The notes below the pieces were generated by a model. That model saw only the letters and a program-made list of their open reading frames with translations, was not told where the DNA came from and did not search any database. The translations under genes were made by a program, and so were the position numbers. From IMG/VR virus record IMGVR_UViG_3300020402_000746, positions 1-30,354 of that record: a stretch of DNA of 30,354 nucleotides, one strand, 5' to 3'. The DNA comes from a virus. Lineage: Duplodnaviria > Caudoviricetes. Positions 1 through 9,695 of the stretch are shown here, piece by piece (positions within the stretch are counted from its first letter, which is position 1; the number at the start of each line of letters is the position of its first letter).

Positions 1-39
1 CGTTTCTTTAAGGCGGAAAAGGTGGAGCTACCAAAATAA
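1..39 (+). CDS. 3' end of an upstream gene (…RFFKAEKVELPK*), probably a virion/baseplate protein
   Basis: Frame 1 is open from base 1 to TAA at 37-39. The product is guessed only from context. Confidence 0.5.
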   Translation, partial: RFFKAEKVELPK

Positions 40-42
40 ATA
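35..42 (+). promoter_or_regulatory. T4-type late promoter box (AATAAATA)
   Basis: One mismatch to TATAAATA. It overlaps the upstream stop and is followed by SD AGGA and ATG 61. Confidence 0.6.
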
Positions 43-60
43 CAGTTGTAGGAAAGTGAT

Positions 61-672
61 ATGATAGACAATTTCAAAGAAAATAACGGAGTGCTTTTAC
101 AAGGGCATATCAAGATTTTTGACCCATCAAATGGTGAGATTATTGTTGATAAGCGTAATGCTATTCATTATGAAAATATGAGTATTTCACTGGCAGAAAG
201 TTTAGGAAACGCAGGTGAAGGATTTATATACGAAATGGCATTTGGAAATGGTGGTACAAGCATAGATCCAACAGGTATAATAACGTACCTTACACCAAAT
301 TCCACAGGCACTAACGCAAGTCTTTACAATCAAACTTTTGTAAAAGTGGTAGATGATAGAAGTGTTAATAACACAGATCCTGCTAGAAACAAAATCGAAT
401 CTAGACACGTAAGTGGTACAAATTACACAGACATATTAGTTACATGTTTATTAGACTATGGTGAACCAACAGGACAAGATGCTGTTGATAATGCTACTAA
501 TAGTAATAGCTTATATGTCTTTGATGAGCTAGGACTTGTAAGTTACAATGCCGCAGGCACAGGAAGATTATTGACACACGTAGTATTCCATCCTGTACAA
601 AAAAGTTTAAACAGATTAGTACAAATTGACTATACAGTCAGAGTACAGAGCTTGACAGGATTTAATGAATAA
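61..672 (+). CDS. Phage virion structural protein (baseplate/tail-associated)
   Basis: 203 aa, rich in N/T/G/D and beta-like. It has a FDELGL…HPVQKSLNR C-terminus, lies directly before fibre genes, and is coupled to the next gene by a TAATG overlap. Confidence 0.65.
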   Translation: MIDNFKENNGVLLQGHIKIFDPSNGEIIVDKRNAIHYENMSISLAESLGNAGEGFIYEMAFGNGGTSIDPTGIITYLTPNSTGTNASLYNQTFVKVVDDRSVNNTDPARNKIESRHVSGTNYTDILVTCLLDYGEPTGQDAVDNATNSNSLYVFDELGLVSYNAAGTGRLLTHVVFHPVQKSLNRLVQIDYTVRVQSLTGFNE

Positions 673-2762
673 TGGCATACTTAATTAATTATTCAGATTC
701 AAACAAAGGAACTATTTCTATAGAGGATAGCACAATTAACCAGACAACCAGTTTGGATATTCCTGGTAGAAATACAACAAGCTACGGTTCAGTCATAGCA
801 GAAAGTTTTTTAAAATTACTAGAAAACTTTTCTAACACAGCCGCTCCGAGAAATCCAATACAAGGACAACTTTGGTATGATACTTCTACCGGAGTAAACA
901 GTTTAAAACTTTATGACGGTACATCGTGGGTAAATGCTGGAGGTCTTAAAAAAGGAAACAATGCTCCAGCAGTAGCATCTTCACTTACAGGTGATTTATG
1001 GGCTGATACAGATAACAACCAATTATATATTTTTACAGGAAGTGCTTGGACTTTAGTAGGTCCTGAGTATAGTGATGGTTTACTTACAGGAGCAAAGCCA
1101 TTAACAGTTACAGGTAAAGACGAAGTTAATTACACAGTACTTCAAATAGAAGTTCAAGGTAATCCTATAGCAATTTACTCTACTAGAACCTTTTCACCAA
1201 AAAGCACTATCGTAGGATTTTCAATTATCCAACCAGGATTGAACTTATCAAGTGCTAACATAGCAGGAGCAGGAATAGGAAAATATTATGGTACGGCAGA
1301 AAAAGCTGAAAATCTTGTTGTATCAGCAAACGAACTTCCTGTAGCGGCAAGCAAATTTTTAAGAAGTGATGTTTCAAGTACAACAAATGAACAATTAATT
1401 ATTAGTAATGACAAAGGACTGAGAATAGGAGTAACAAATACTATTGATATTGCTGTCAGTAACGGTACCGGACAAATGGTTAATCAAACACAAGGTGCTC
1501 CTTTAGATTTTAAAATTAAAAATGATGACGGAATTCAAAAGAATGTATTAAGAATTGATTCTACTGAAAAGGTAGGTATAAACACAATTACTCCTGCCGA
1601 AGCATTGGATGTTGCAGGATCTATTCAAGCTAGTAATAATTTAATTGTACAAGGTACAACTGATAGCACAAGCATAGGTACTGGCTCAGTAAAAATTTCA
1701 GGTGGTGTAGGTATTGCTAAAAAATTATGGGTAGGTAATGCTGTTAACATAGCAGGTACAACAACATCTGCTTCAATTGAACCTAGTGCTACACAAACAT
1801 TCAACTTAGGTAGTTCAGAGAAACGTTGGCAAACAGTCCATGCGGTACAGTTTAGAGGAGATATTGTTGGTAACGTAACAGGTACAGTTACAGGTGGTGC
1901 GGCTAATGCCAATAAATTAACAACAGCATCAACTTTCCAACTGTCAGGTGATGTAAGTTCAAATCAAATTACATTTGATGGTAGTACAGGTGGTACAACA
2001 AAAGTATTTACAACAGCTATTAGTAATACATTTATTGCTAATAAAACTTTAGCTACTGCTCCAAGACAAGACGATGAAGTAATAATTAACAGAGTATCTG
2101 GAGATTCAACTGGGGTATTTAAAATATCACAAAGTGCACTAGTAAGTAGTGTGCCAGTTATTCCAATAGGAACAATAGTTCCTTTTGGTGGTGTAAATCT
2201 TCCAGCAGGTTGGTTACTATGTGATGGTAGTGAACAGAGAATAGCGGACTATCTTGATTTATACAATGCTATACAATTTCAATTTAAAGATCAAAGCCAA
2301 GTTGCTTCAGGCTTTTTTGGATTACCAGATTTCAGAGGTAGATTTCCATTAGGTGCTGACAACATGGGAGGCACAAGTGCTAACAGGGTTACAGACGTAA
2401 ACGCTGATACAGTAGGATTAGCATCTGGAGTTGAAAGCAGAGCAATTGATGTTAAGAACTTACCAGAACACGAGCATGATTTGCGTTCTCCAAAAGGCGC
2501 ACAATTTTATGTAATATTAGATGATAGCGGCACTCCACAAGATGCGGATACAATAATCTATGATGCTCCTACAGGTAACCAAGCAGGACAAGCAAGAACT
2601 TCTTCGGGAGGATTGTTGAATAGAAGAAATATTACTTACAATCAAAATACAGGATTAGAACAATTTGAAACTTTTGATATTTCAGAATTAGGCACACCAT
2701 TCAATGTGTTGAATCCTTTCTTGACAGTCAAATATATAATTTATTCAGGAGTTGGGGGCTAA
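672..2762 (+). CDS. Tail fibre / baseplate fibre protein with phage tail-collar domain
   Basis: 696 aa, T/S/G-rich. Collar signature IPIGTIVPFGG…PAGWLLCDG…FGLPDFRGRFPLG at ~2160-2355. The N-terminal ~130 aa is shared with the next two genes. Confidence 0.85.
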   Translation: MAYLINYSDSNKGTISIEDSTINQTTSLDIPGRNTTSYGSVIAESFLKLLENFSNTAAPRNPIQGQLWYDTSTGVNSLKLYDGTSWVNAGGLKKGNNAPAVASSLTGDLWADTDNNQLYIFTGSAWTLVGPEYSDGLLTGAKPLTVTGKDEVNYTVLQIEVQGNPIAIYSTRTFSPKSTIVGFSIIQPGLNLSSANIAGAGIGKYYGTAEKAENLVVSANELPVAASKFLRSDVSSTTNEQLIISNDKGLRIGVTNTIDIAVSNGTGQMVNQTQGAPLDFKIKNDDGIQKNVLRIDSTEKVGINTITPAEALDVAGSIQASNNLIVQGTTDSTSIGTGSVKISGGVGIAKKLWVGNAVNIAGTTTSASIEPSATQTFNLGSSEKRWQTVHAVQFRGDIVGNVTGTVTGGAANANKLTTASTFQLSGDVSSNQITFDGSTGGTTKVFTTAISNTFIANKTLATAPRQDDEVIINRVSGDSTGVFKISQSALVSSVPVIPIGTIVPFGGVNLPAGWLLCDGSEQRIADYLDLYNAIQFQFKDQSQVASGFFGLPDFRGRFPLGADNMGGTSANRVTDVNADTVGLASGVESRAIDVKNLPEHEHDLRSPKGAQFYVILDDSGTPQDADTIIYDAPTGNQAGQARTSSGGLLNRRNITYNQNTGLEQFETFDISELGTPFNVLNPFLTVKYIIYSGVGG

Positions 2763-4597
2763 TGGCATATCAAATAAACAAAACTAGTGGTACGTTGCTT
2801 GTAAATCTAGCAGACGGACAAATAGATACTACAACTACTGACATATCATTAATTGGTAAAAACTATTCAGGATTTGGTGAAGCTATTAACGAAAACTTTC
2901 TTCACATGCTTGAGAATTTTGCTAATTCTTCAGCACCAAGTACGCCTTTAGCAGGACAAATTTGGTGGGATACAGCTACATCAAGATTAAAAGTTTACAC
3001 AGGCACAGCTTGGACAACAGGTGGTGGACCTATTGTACAATCAAGCCAACCGTCAATGGTTGCTGGTGACTTGTGGATTAATAACGAAGCAAATCAACTA
3101 TACTTTTATGATGGTACAGATTTAGAATTAGCAGGACCAATATACAACGCATTCCAAGGACGTTCAGGTCCACAGGTTGTTACTGTGCTTGATAACACAG
3201 GTACAAGCAGAACTATTGTTAAGTATTGGGTTGGAGGTACACTTGTTGGTTTATGGAGTAAGATTGCGTTTACACCACAGAACATAGATACTATTCCTAG
3301 TTTTACAGGTAATGTTGTAAAAGGATTTAATGTTGTCGACGCAGACTTTGTGTATGCTGGTACAGCTTCAAGAACATCATCACTTGTTGATTCACAAGGC
3401 GTTGTTAGAACAGCCGCACAGTTTTTAGCTAGTGATTCAGATGACTCTACAAGTGGTGCTTTATCAATAAGAAACAACAACGGACTTACAGTTGGATTAA
3501 CAGATAATAACGTTATTAAAGTAACTAACTTGGGTGTTGTATCAGAAAATAATGTTAGTGGTGAAAACTACATTATTAGAATGACAACCAGTTTAGGAAA
3601 AAGAGATGCTGTAACAATTAATTCAGCGAATAATAGAGTAGGTATTTACAATTCAAATCCAGGTGCTACGTTAGATGTAACTGGAGATATGAAAATTTCA
3701 GGAGACTTAACAGTTTCAGGATCAACTACAACAATAGATTCTGCCACATTGAGAGTTGAAGATAAGAATATTGAACTTGGATTAGGTTCAGATAGTACAT
3801 TACTAAACGACACACAAGTAGATTCTGCTGGTATTATAGTTAAATCTTCAGATGGTGACAAAGAATTTTTATGGAGACAGGCAAGTAACGCATGGACAAC
3901 AGGAAATAGTATTAACTTTACCGGTACAGGTGGATTAAAATTTAATGGTGTTACTATTATTAGTGGAACAGAAGCACCAGGTATTACATCTATTGGTAAC
4001 TTGACTACTGCTAACATAGGAAACATCAGCTTTACTGGCGGTATAGGAGTAAGCACAGGAGTTGTTGATGGTAGTGGAAATGGACTTAACCTTACTTTAG
4101 CAGGCAACTTGAATTTGGTAACTCCAAGAAAAATTACTGGAGTAGCAGAACCAACAGCACCAACAGATGTTACAACAAAAAATTATGTTGATACAGCAAT
4201 AGGTACTGAGGTAATTGCCTTAGCATTAGATATAACAGGATTAGGAACAGGCACTAATTTAAATACAAATATAGCAACAATTTTACAAGATATTGCTCCA
4301 GCCGGAGGTAAAGTAGAAGGCTGTGAAGCAAGAGTTCATTGTACAGCAACAACTGGCGCTACAGCAACGCTATCAGCGGCCAACTTGAACGCAAGTTTTA
4401 ACAAAAGTTTAGTGGTTGTACAACAATTAGACGGTAGTGGAAATGATAGTGGTAGTGTATCAGTAATAGGAGACGCAACATTTAACGATGTTACTGGTGC
4501 TATTACATCTACAGTACAAAGATCTTTGAAATTATTTAGGATAAATGGGGGTAGCTGGGGTTATGTACAAGACCTAACTCCGGGCAATTTAATATAA
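2762..4597 (+). CDS. Tail fibre-like structural protein (paralog 2)
   Basis: 611 aa with the same N-terminal domain (GKNY-GFGE-ENF-HMLENF-P-P-GQIWWD). It carries beta-rich fibre motifs (VGIYNSNP…LDVTG; ITGVAEPT…DVTTKNYVD). Confidence 0.8.
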   Translation: MAYQINKTSGTLLVNLADGQIDTTTTDISLIGKNYSGFGEAINENFLHMLENFANSSAPSTPLAGQIWWDTATSRLKVYTGTAWTTGGGPIVQSSQPSMVAGDLWINNEANQLYFYDGTDLELAGPIYNAFQGRSGPQVVTVLDNTGTSRTIVKYWVGGTLVGLWSKIAFTPQNIDTIPSFTGNVVKGFNVVDADFVYAGTASRTSSLVDSQGVVRTAAQFLASDSDDSTSGALSIRNNNGLTVGLTDNNVIKVTNLGVVSENNVSGENYIIRMTTSLGKRDAVTINSANNRVGIYNSNPGATLDVTGDMKISGDLTVSGSTTTIDSATLRVEDKNIELGLGSDSTLLNDTQVDSAGIIVKSSDGDKEFLWRQASNAWTTGNSINFTGTGGLKFNGVTIISGTEAPGITSIGNLTTANIGNISFTGGIGVSTGVVDGSGNGLNLTLAGNLNLVTPRKITGVAEPTAPTDVTTKNYVDTAIGTEVIALALDITGLGTGTNLNTNIATILQDIAPAGGKVEGCEARVHCTATTGATATLSAANLNASFNKSLVVVQQLDGSGNDSGSVSVIGDATFNDVTGAITSTVQRSLKLFRINGGSWGYVQDLTPGNLI

Positions 4598-4600
4598 ATA
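4593..4600 (+). promoter_or_regulatory. T4-type late promoter TATAAATA
   Basis: Perfect consensus overlapping the stop of the upstream gene, followed by AGGGG SD and ATG 4625. Confidence 0.8.
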
Positions 4601-4624
4601 CATATAACATATTAGGGGTTATAG

Positions 4625-6103
4625 ATGGCATACGTAATAAACTTAACAAACGGATCGCAGTTAGCAACTGTTGAAGATGGTACTATTGATCAAAGCACAT
4701 CTCTTAAGCTAGTTGGTAAGAACTATGCCGGCTACGGAGAAATACAGAACGAAAACTTTGTACATTTACTTGAAAACTTTTCAAGTGCTAATCAACCAGC
4801 ATCACCTTTAACAGGTCAAATCTGGTTCGATAGTGCTGGAAGCAAGTTAAAGTTTTACGATGGTACAAAATTTAGATCAACAGGTGGAGCAGAAGTAAGT
4901 TCAACACAGCCTGTAGGATTAACAACTGGTGATTTTTGGTGGGATAGCGGTAACAATCAATTATACGCACAAAACGCAAATGGTGGATTTGTATTAATTG
5001 GTCCACAAAGTATTGGTGCTACAGTTTCAGCAATGGTAACTGGGCAGGTTAGAGATTCAAATCAAAACAATAGAACAATAATTAAAGGTACTGTAGAAGA
5101 TGGTGTAGTATTCATTATAAGTAATTCAGAATTTACAATTGACGCTACTGATCCACAAAACGTAATAACAGGATTTGATGTTGTACGACAAGGTTTAACA
5201 CTTAGAAATACAACTTCAGGCACCGACGGAGTAACAAGTGGGGCATTTAGATTTTATGGTACAGCTACCAACGCAGATAAATTAAATGGATTACCAGCAA
5301 GTGATTATGCGTTATCAGGTGCGGCAAACTTCAACAGTATTGTAAGATTTACAGATTCTGGATTGACTATTGGTGATGCTAATGATTTAGCTATTAAGAT
5401 TGATACAGCAGGAAGTGGCGATGAAGCAGTCATCGATAACACAGTTGGACAAAAAATTAGATTTAAAGTAAAGTCAAGTGGAGGTGTTACTACAGAACCT
5501 TTCCATGTACAGGCGGCAGGACTTATTCCTACAGCTACTACAACTTATGACATAGGGGATAATAACTATAAGTTTAGAGCTATGTATGCTACTTCTTTTA
5601 TTGGATTAGCAACAAACGCTACAAATTTACAAGTGGGTAGCAACTTCAGAACAGGTGACACAAGTGCTACTAATAACACCGTAGCTGTAAGAGATTCCAG
5701 CGGTAATTTAGCGGCCAATGTGTTTAATGGAATATCAACACAAGCAAGATACGCTGACTTGGCGGAAAAATATACAACTGACAAAAATTATCCTGTGGGA
5801 ACACTAATGATGATAGGCGGAGAAGCCGAAGCAAAAGCATGTGAAAATGGAGAAGGTATTTGTATAGGAGTAATTAGTACAAAACCAGCTTATTTAATGA
5901 ATTCAGAGGCTGAAGGTCAAGCAGTAGCTTTAGTCGGAAGAGTGCCAGTAAGAATTACAGGTCCGGTAAATAAAGGGGAAGCTGTATTTGTTGCTGATAA
6001 CGGAACAGCAAGTGTTGATGGAAACGGAGACATGATTGGTGTAGCTTTAGAAAGCAACGACAGGCATGAAGAAACTTTAGTGGAGTGTATTTTAAAGTTA
6101 TAA
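4625..6103 (+). CDS. Tail fibre protein (paralog 3) with C-terminal peptidase G2-like autocleaving chaperone domain
   Basis: Shared N-terminal domain. The C-terminus reads ARYADLAEKY…IGVISTKPAYLMN…VALVGRVPV…VNKG from ~5750. Confidence 0.8.
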   Translation: MAYVINLTNGSQLATVEDGTIDQSTSLKLVGKNYAGYGEIQNENFVHLLENFSSANQPASPLTGQIWFDSAGSKLKFYDGTKFRSTGGAEVSSTQPVGLTTGDFWWDSGNNQLYAQNANGGFVLIGPQSIGATVSAMVTGQVRDSNQNNRTIIKGTVEDGVVFIISNSEFTIDATDPQNVITGFDVVRQGLTLRNTTSGTDGVTSGAFRFYGTATNADKLNGLPASDYALSGAANFNSIVRFTDSGLTIGDANDLAIKIDTAGSGDEAVIDNTVGQKIRFKVKSSGGVTTEPFHVQAAGLIPTATTTYDIGDNNYKFRAMYATSFIGLATNATNLQVGSNFRTGDTSATNNTVAVRDSSGNLAANVFNGISTQARYADLAEKYTTDKNYPVGTLMMIGGEAEAKACENGEGICIGVISTKPAYLMNSEAEGQAVALVGRVPVRITGPVNKGEAVFVADNGTASVDGNGDMIGVALESNDRHEETLVECILKL

Positions 6104-6119
6104 AATATAAGGAAGTAAA

Positions 6120-7034
6120 ATGGCAGTAGGCGATACAATCACCGCGGCAAGGTATAATAATATTAGAGCAAGGGTAGCGGCAGTTTTAGGACTAGGAGCA
6201 GGAGACGAAGGATACGGACAATCAGTAACTAGTCAGACTGTTGTAGTAGGTAATACAGTTACAGCTCAAGATATGGTTAACCTTGACACGGATCTAACAA
6301 AAATAAGAGTTCACCAGACAGGAAGTTTACCTGCGGAAATTGCTCCTCCATCAGTTGGAGATACGATCGAAGATAGCAATAATGCTACAAAAGAAGGATA
6401 CGCTCAGTACGAATCCTTAAGTATTACAGCACAATCTTCAAGATTAAGTGTAGCTCCAAGCCAATTAGGTTTGGAATCAGGAATTACAAGTACAAGAACA
6501 GCATCTTGGTCAACTGATATTGATCATTACTTTACAGTTACATTTGGCGGATACTCTGTTACTAATGGAGACGGAAGTCAAACTACAATTAGTGGTGTAG
6601 ATCATATGAGAGTATATTTTAACGCTGGCGGAACAATCAACATAAGCGGTTTAATCGGATCAGGTAACACTCCTATCAACAATGACTGGAGAAGTTTGAT
6701 GTCTTCAGTAGGTACTGTTGTGTTTGGAAGAAGCACTACAAGCAACGGTTCAATTGGAACTAGTTATGGTTACAGTAATTTACCTGGATCTTATGTAACA
6801 ATATTTAACAAGGCGGCTAGTGCGTATAGTGCTAACGATTATTTAATAGAAGCATATAAAAGTGGAGCTGTATTATATTTCAAAGTTACTTTTAATGAAG
6901 ATAAAGGTCCAAATCCAAATTTTGACGAAGCTGTAGATGCTACAACGTCAAGCACAGCTCAACAAAATAGACCAAATAATTCAAATAGCGTCAATGTACC
7001 GGCGCCAACTTTCAATACCACCAACGCTCTGTAA
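6120..7034 (+). CDS. Virion structural protein (tail-associated)
   Basis: 304 aa, S/T/G/N-rich with no Cys. It has an AAGGA SD and lies in the fibre cluster. Confidence 0.65.
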   Translation: MAVGDTITAARYNNIRARVAAVLGLGAGDEGYGQSVTSQTVVVGNTVTAQDMVNLDTDLTKIRVHQTGSLPAEIAPPSVGDTIEDSNNATKEGYAQYESLSITAQSSRLSVAPSQLGLESGITSTRTASWSTDIDHYFTVTFGGYSVTNGDGSQTTISGVDHMRVYFNAGGTINISGLIGSGNTPINNDWRSLMSSVGTVVFGRSTTSNGSIGTSYGYSNLPGSYVTIFNKAASAYSANDYLIEAYKSGAVLYFKVTFNEDKGPNPNFDEAVDATTSSTAQQNRPNNSNSVNVPAPTFNTTNAL

Positions 7035-7035
7035 G

Positions 7036-7072
7036 ATTAAATAGTTATACATTATATAGGAGTATAACTATG
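7036..7072 (+). promoter_or_regulatory. Late promoter box ATTAAATA (7036-7043) overlapping a 10-bp inverted repeat that encloses the RBS and start of the next gene
   Basis: ATAGTTATAC (7041-7050) is the exact reverse complement of GTATAACTAT (7062-7071). SD AGGAG lies at 7058-7062 and ATG at 7070. Confidence 0.7.
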
Positions 7073-7414
7073 GAAGAATCTCTTGAAAAAGCATTGGAAT
7101 TTTCAAATTATTCTGCGACTCTGAATAACCAAAAGAGGATTCTATATGAAAAGTATCAAGAAAACTTAATTATGTACTATCTTGGCGGCACATTTACAGC
7201 TAATAGAGAGCTTATTAATTTTTGTACAATGCTTTTATCTAAAACATCATCTACTTTAATTATTGATGACAACAAAACTCCTATCGAGATAGATGATTTG
7301 GAAGACTTCACAGAATCACTACTACACAAATATACAGAAGCTACAAATCAGTATCATGAGGAGTACAAAACTCTCAGCACTAAACGTAGTGTAGAAGGTT
7401 TAGTAGATGTCTAA
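7070..7414 (+). CDS. Hypothetical protein (acidic, helical; possible assembly chaperone)
   Basis: 114-aa ORF with a strong SD that overlaps the next start. Function not recognised. Confidence 0.7.
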   Translation: MEESLEKALEFSNYSATLNNQKRILYEKYQENLIMYYLGGTFTANRELINFCTMLLSKTSSTLIIDDNKTPIEIDDLEDFTESLLHKYTEATNQYHEEYKTLSTKRSVEGLVDV

Positions 7415-8237
7415 TGGAATCTTATGCTTTGCTAATAATAATGGTTCTATTAATTATATAAAACAAGCAGTAGAACTTGCTTCCCGTTCAAAAAAATATT
7501 TAAATTTACCTGTTTCAATTGTAACATCTACATTTGACAAACTTGATATTCAATATCATGATGTTTTTGATAAGATAATTCAAATTGATGATTCGCAACA
7601 CAATGAAAAAAGATATTATGATGGACAACAACGTAAGACAACACTGAATTTTAAAAACAATGAAAGACATAATGCTTTTAATTTAAGTCCTTATGATAAA
7701 ACTTTAGTATTAGATACGGATTATATAATATGTAATGATAAATTTAAACACTCCTTTCAAACAAATGATAATTTTCAAATTTATAGACATGGAGTAGATT
7801 TATGCTCCTGGAGAAATTACAAAGAGTTTGATTACATCAATGACAAGGGTATTCCTTTTTATTGGGCAACATGTTTTTATTTTACAAAAAGTCAAGAAAG
7901 TAAAATATTTTTTGATCTATTAAGACATTTGTACGATAATTGGGACCATTACAGTGACGTATATGATTTAGCAAGTAGAAATTTTAGGAATGATCATCTT
8001 TTCAGCATGGGTATACACATTATGAACGGATTTCAAGAAGGAGATTGGGCTAAAAATTTGCCTGGAAAAATGTATTATACACTTGATAGGGATATTTTGT
8101 GTAAGATAAAAGACGACAGTCTAACATTTCTCATACAAAAAGAAAAATTATTTAATGAATATATCCTTTCTACAGTCAAGGGTATGAATATACATGTAAT
8201 GAACAAGTTTAGTTTGGAGAGAAGTTTAAATGTCTAA
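7407..8237 (+). CDS. GT-A fold glycosyltransferase-like protein (GT8-like)
   Basis: SPYDKTLVLDTDY DxD motif, N-terminal beta-alpha Rossmann-like start, and a C-terminal H (IHVMNK). Confidence 0.65.
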   Translation: MSNGILCFANNNGSINYIKQAVELASRSKKYLNLPVSIVTSTFDKLDIQYHDVFDKIIQIDDSQHNEKRYYDGQQRKTTLNFKNNERHNAFNLSPYDKTLVLDTDYIICNDKFKHSFQTNDNFQIYRHGVDLCSWRNYKEFDYINDKGIPFYWATCFYFTKSQESKIFFDLLRHLYDNWDHYSDVYDLASRNFRNDHLFSMGIHIMNGFQEGDWAKNLPGKMYYTLDRDILCKIKDDSLTFLIQKEKLFNEYILSTVKGMNIHVMNKFSLERSLNV

Positions 8238-9027
8238 AGGTTACATTATGATAGCTACCGGAGAAGAGCATATTCAACAAGCCTATCTATGTGCTAAGAG
8301 TATAAAACAAACACAAACTATCAAAAACGTTTCTTTGCTTACCGGTGATGAAGTTTCTGATCAATACAAACATGTGTTCGATCATGTAATTGCTATTCCT
8401 ACATCAGATAGAAACACACAAAACTTCTACAGAACAGATATTAGATGGAAAGCGTATCACGAAACTCCATATCAAGAAACTGTTTTACTGGATACTGATA
8501 TGCTTTTTTTAGATGACATAAGTTATTGGTGGTCGTACTTTAAAAATTATGATTTATGTTTTACAAGTAATGTTAGAACATATAAAAATAATCCTGTTAC
8601 TAGTCATTACTATAGAAAAGCGTTTATTCAAAATAATATTCCTAATATATACTGTGCGTTTCATTATTTTAAACAAAATGATACAGCTTTAAGATATTAT
8701 TTAAAACTTAAACAAGTCTGTAGAAATTACAAGGAATATTATAAAATATATGTTCCTAAACTTACACCCAAAGTAAGTAGTATGGATTTAAATCATGCTA
8801 TTACTTTATTAGATGAAGATATCAAGAATTATATTTTTAAACCAGCAAGTTTTGTTCATATGAAATCTCATGTCCAAGATTGGGAGACCACACAAGAAGA
8901 TTGGACAGAAACAATTCCGTTTTATTTCGACGCAGAAAAACAATTAAAAATTGGAAATTACTTACAACATGGCATAATACATTATACCAAGAATAATTTT
9001 TGTGAAAGGATATTAAATGAATATTAG
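8230..9027 (+). CDS. GT-A fold glycosyltransferase-like protein, paralog of 7407..8237
   Basis: TPYQETVLLDTDM DxD motif, plus FVHMK and IIHY motifs. Confidence 0.65.
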   Translation: MSKGYIMIATGEEHIQQAYLCAKSIKQTQTIKNVSLLTGDEVSDQYKHVFDHVIAIPTSDRNTQNFYRTDIRWKAYHETPYQETVLLDTDMLFLDDISYWWSYFKNYDLCFTSNVRTYKNNPVTSHYYRKAFIQNNIPNIYCAFHYFKQNDTALRYYLKLKQVCRNYKEYYKIYVPKLTPKVSSMDLNHAITLLDEDIKNYIFKPASFVHMKSHVQDWETTQEDWTETIPFYFDAEKQLKIGNYLQHGIIHYTKNNFCERILNEY

Positions 9028-9535
9028 CACCAAACAATATGTATCTTTTGATAAAAACACAGGTGAAATTTTTGGTATAGGACCAAGCATTAACGAGTCA
9101 TACAATCATATTGAGGTTACAAACGAGCAAGTTGAGCCTTTTCAAACACTAAAAGAAAATTTTATTAATTGGAAAGTAATATACAACAAAAGAGATAAAA
9201 ATTTTCAGTTAAAGAAAAATGATGATGAAGCGCCACAAGAATTTTTGCTTAATGAATTGACTTCTCCCAAAGATAATTTTCATGAAATAGAATTTGTAGT
9301 TGACAAGAGTAAAGGTGAATGTTATTTAAACACAATAGATACACCAAAAAACTTAGATGAAGTTAGTTTTTATGTAACAAAAAAAGGAGATCCTCATTTC
9401 TTATTAAATACTTTTACTTTTAAAATAGGATCAAAGGAATCATTTCCTTTTAAAAACATGGAATCTTACAGCGTATACACTAAAAATATATTTGCTGATT
9501 GTGTAACAAGAGAAACAGATGAAAATTATTTGTAA
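9017..9535 (+). CDS. Hypothetical protein
   Basis: 172-aa ORF with AAGGA SD, overlapping both neighbours. Confidence 0.65.
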   Translation: MNISTKQYVSFDKNTGEIFGIGPSINESYNHIEVTNEQVEPFQTLKENFINWKVIYNKRDKNFQLKKNDDEAPQEFLLNELTSPKDNFHEIEFVVDKSKGECYLNTIDTPKNLDEVSFYVTKKGDPHFLLNTFTFKIGSKESFPFKNMESYSVYTKNIFADCVTRETDENYL

Positions 9536-9695
9536 ACATCTTGGACCATATTATGGTATTCAAAAAGCATTTCCTTGTAGGGCTTTTACAAACGAATTTG
9601 TAGGAGAAATGTGGATTGAAATAGACGAAAAATATGAAACACTAATATACTTGATGTTTGGAGACAGCGTGATTAGGAGTGATTATGAAAATTAA
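9519..9695 (+). CDS. Small hypothetical protein, 58 aa (MKIICKHLGPYYGIQKAFPCRAFTNEFVGEMWIEIDEKYETLIYLMFGDSVIRSDYEN)
   Basis: Hand-translated and below the ORF-track cutoff. It fills the gap exactly and overlaps both the upstream stop and the downstream start. Confidence 0.6.
   Translation: MKIICKHLGPYYGIQKAFPCRAFTNEFVGEMWIEIDEKYETLIYLMFGDSVIRSDYEN

Noticed and set aside
202-6138. Antisense ORFs within the structural genes (202-408, 1625-1912, 3106-3480, 3646-4107, 5566-5784, 5917-6138)
   Set aside because: They are shadows of long sense genes with biased codon use, with no recognisable motifs.
1-7034. Apparently higher GC in fibre genes than in the enzyme island, as evidence of horizontal transfer
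   Set aside because: Gly/Ala/Thr/Ser-rich protein composition explains it. Third positions look A/T-rich in both parts, and it was not computed.
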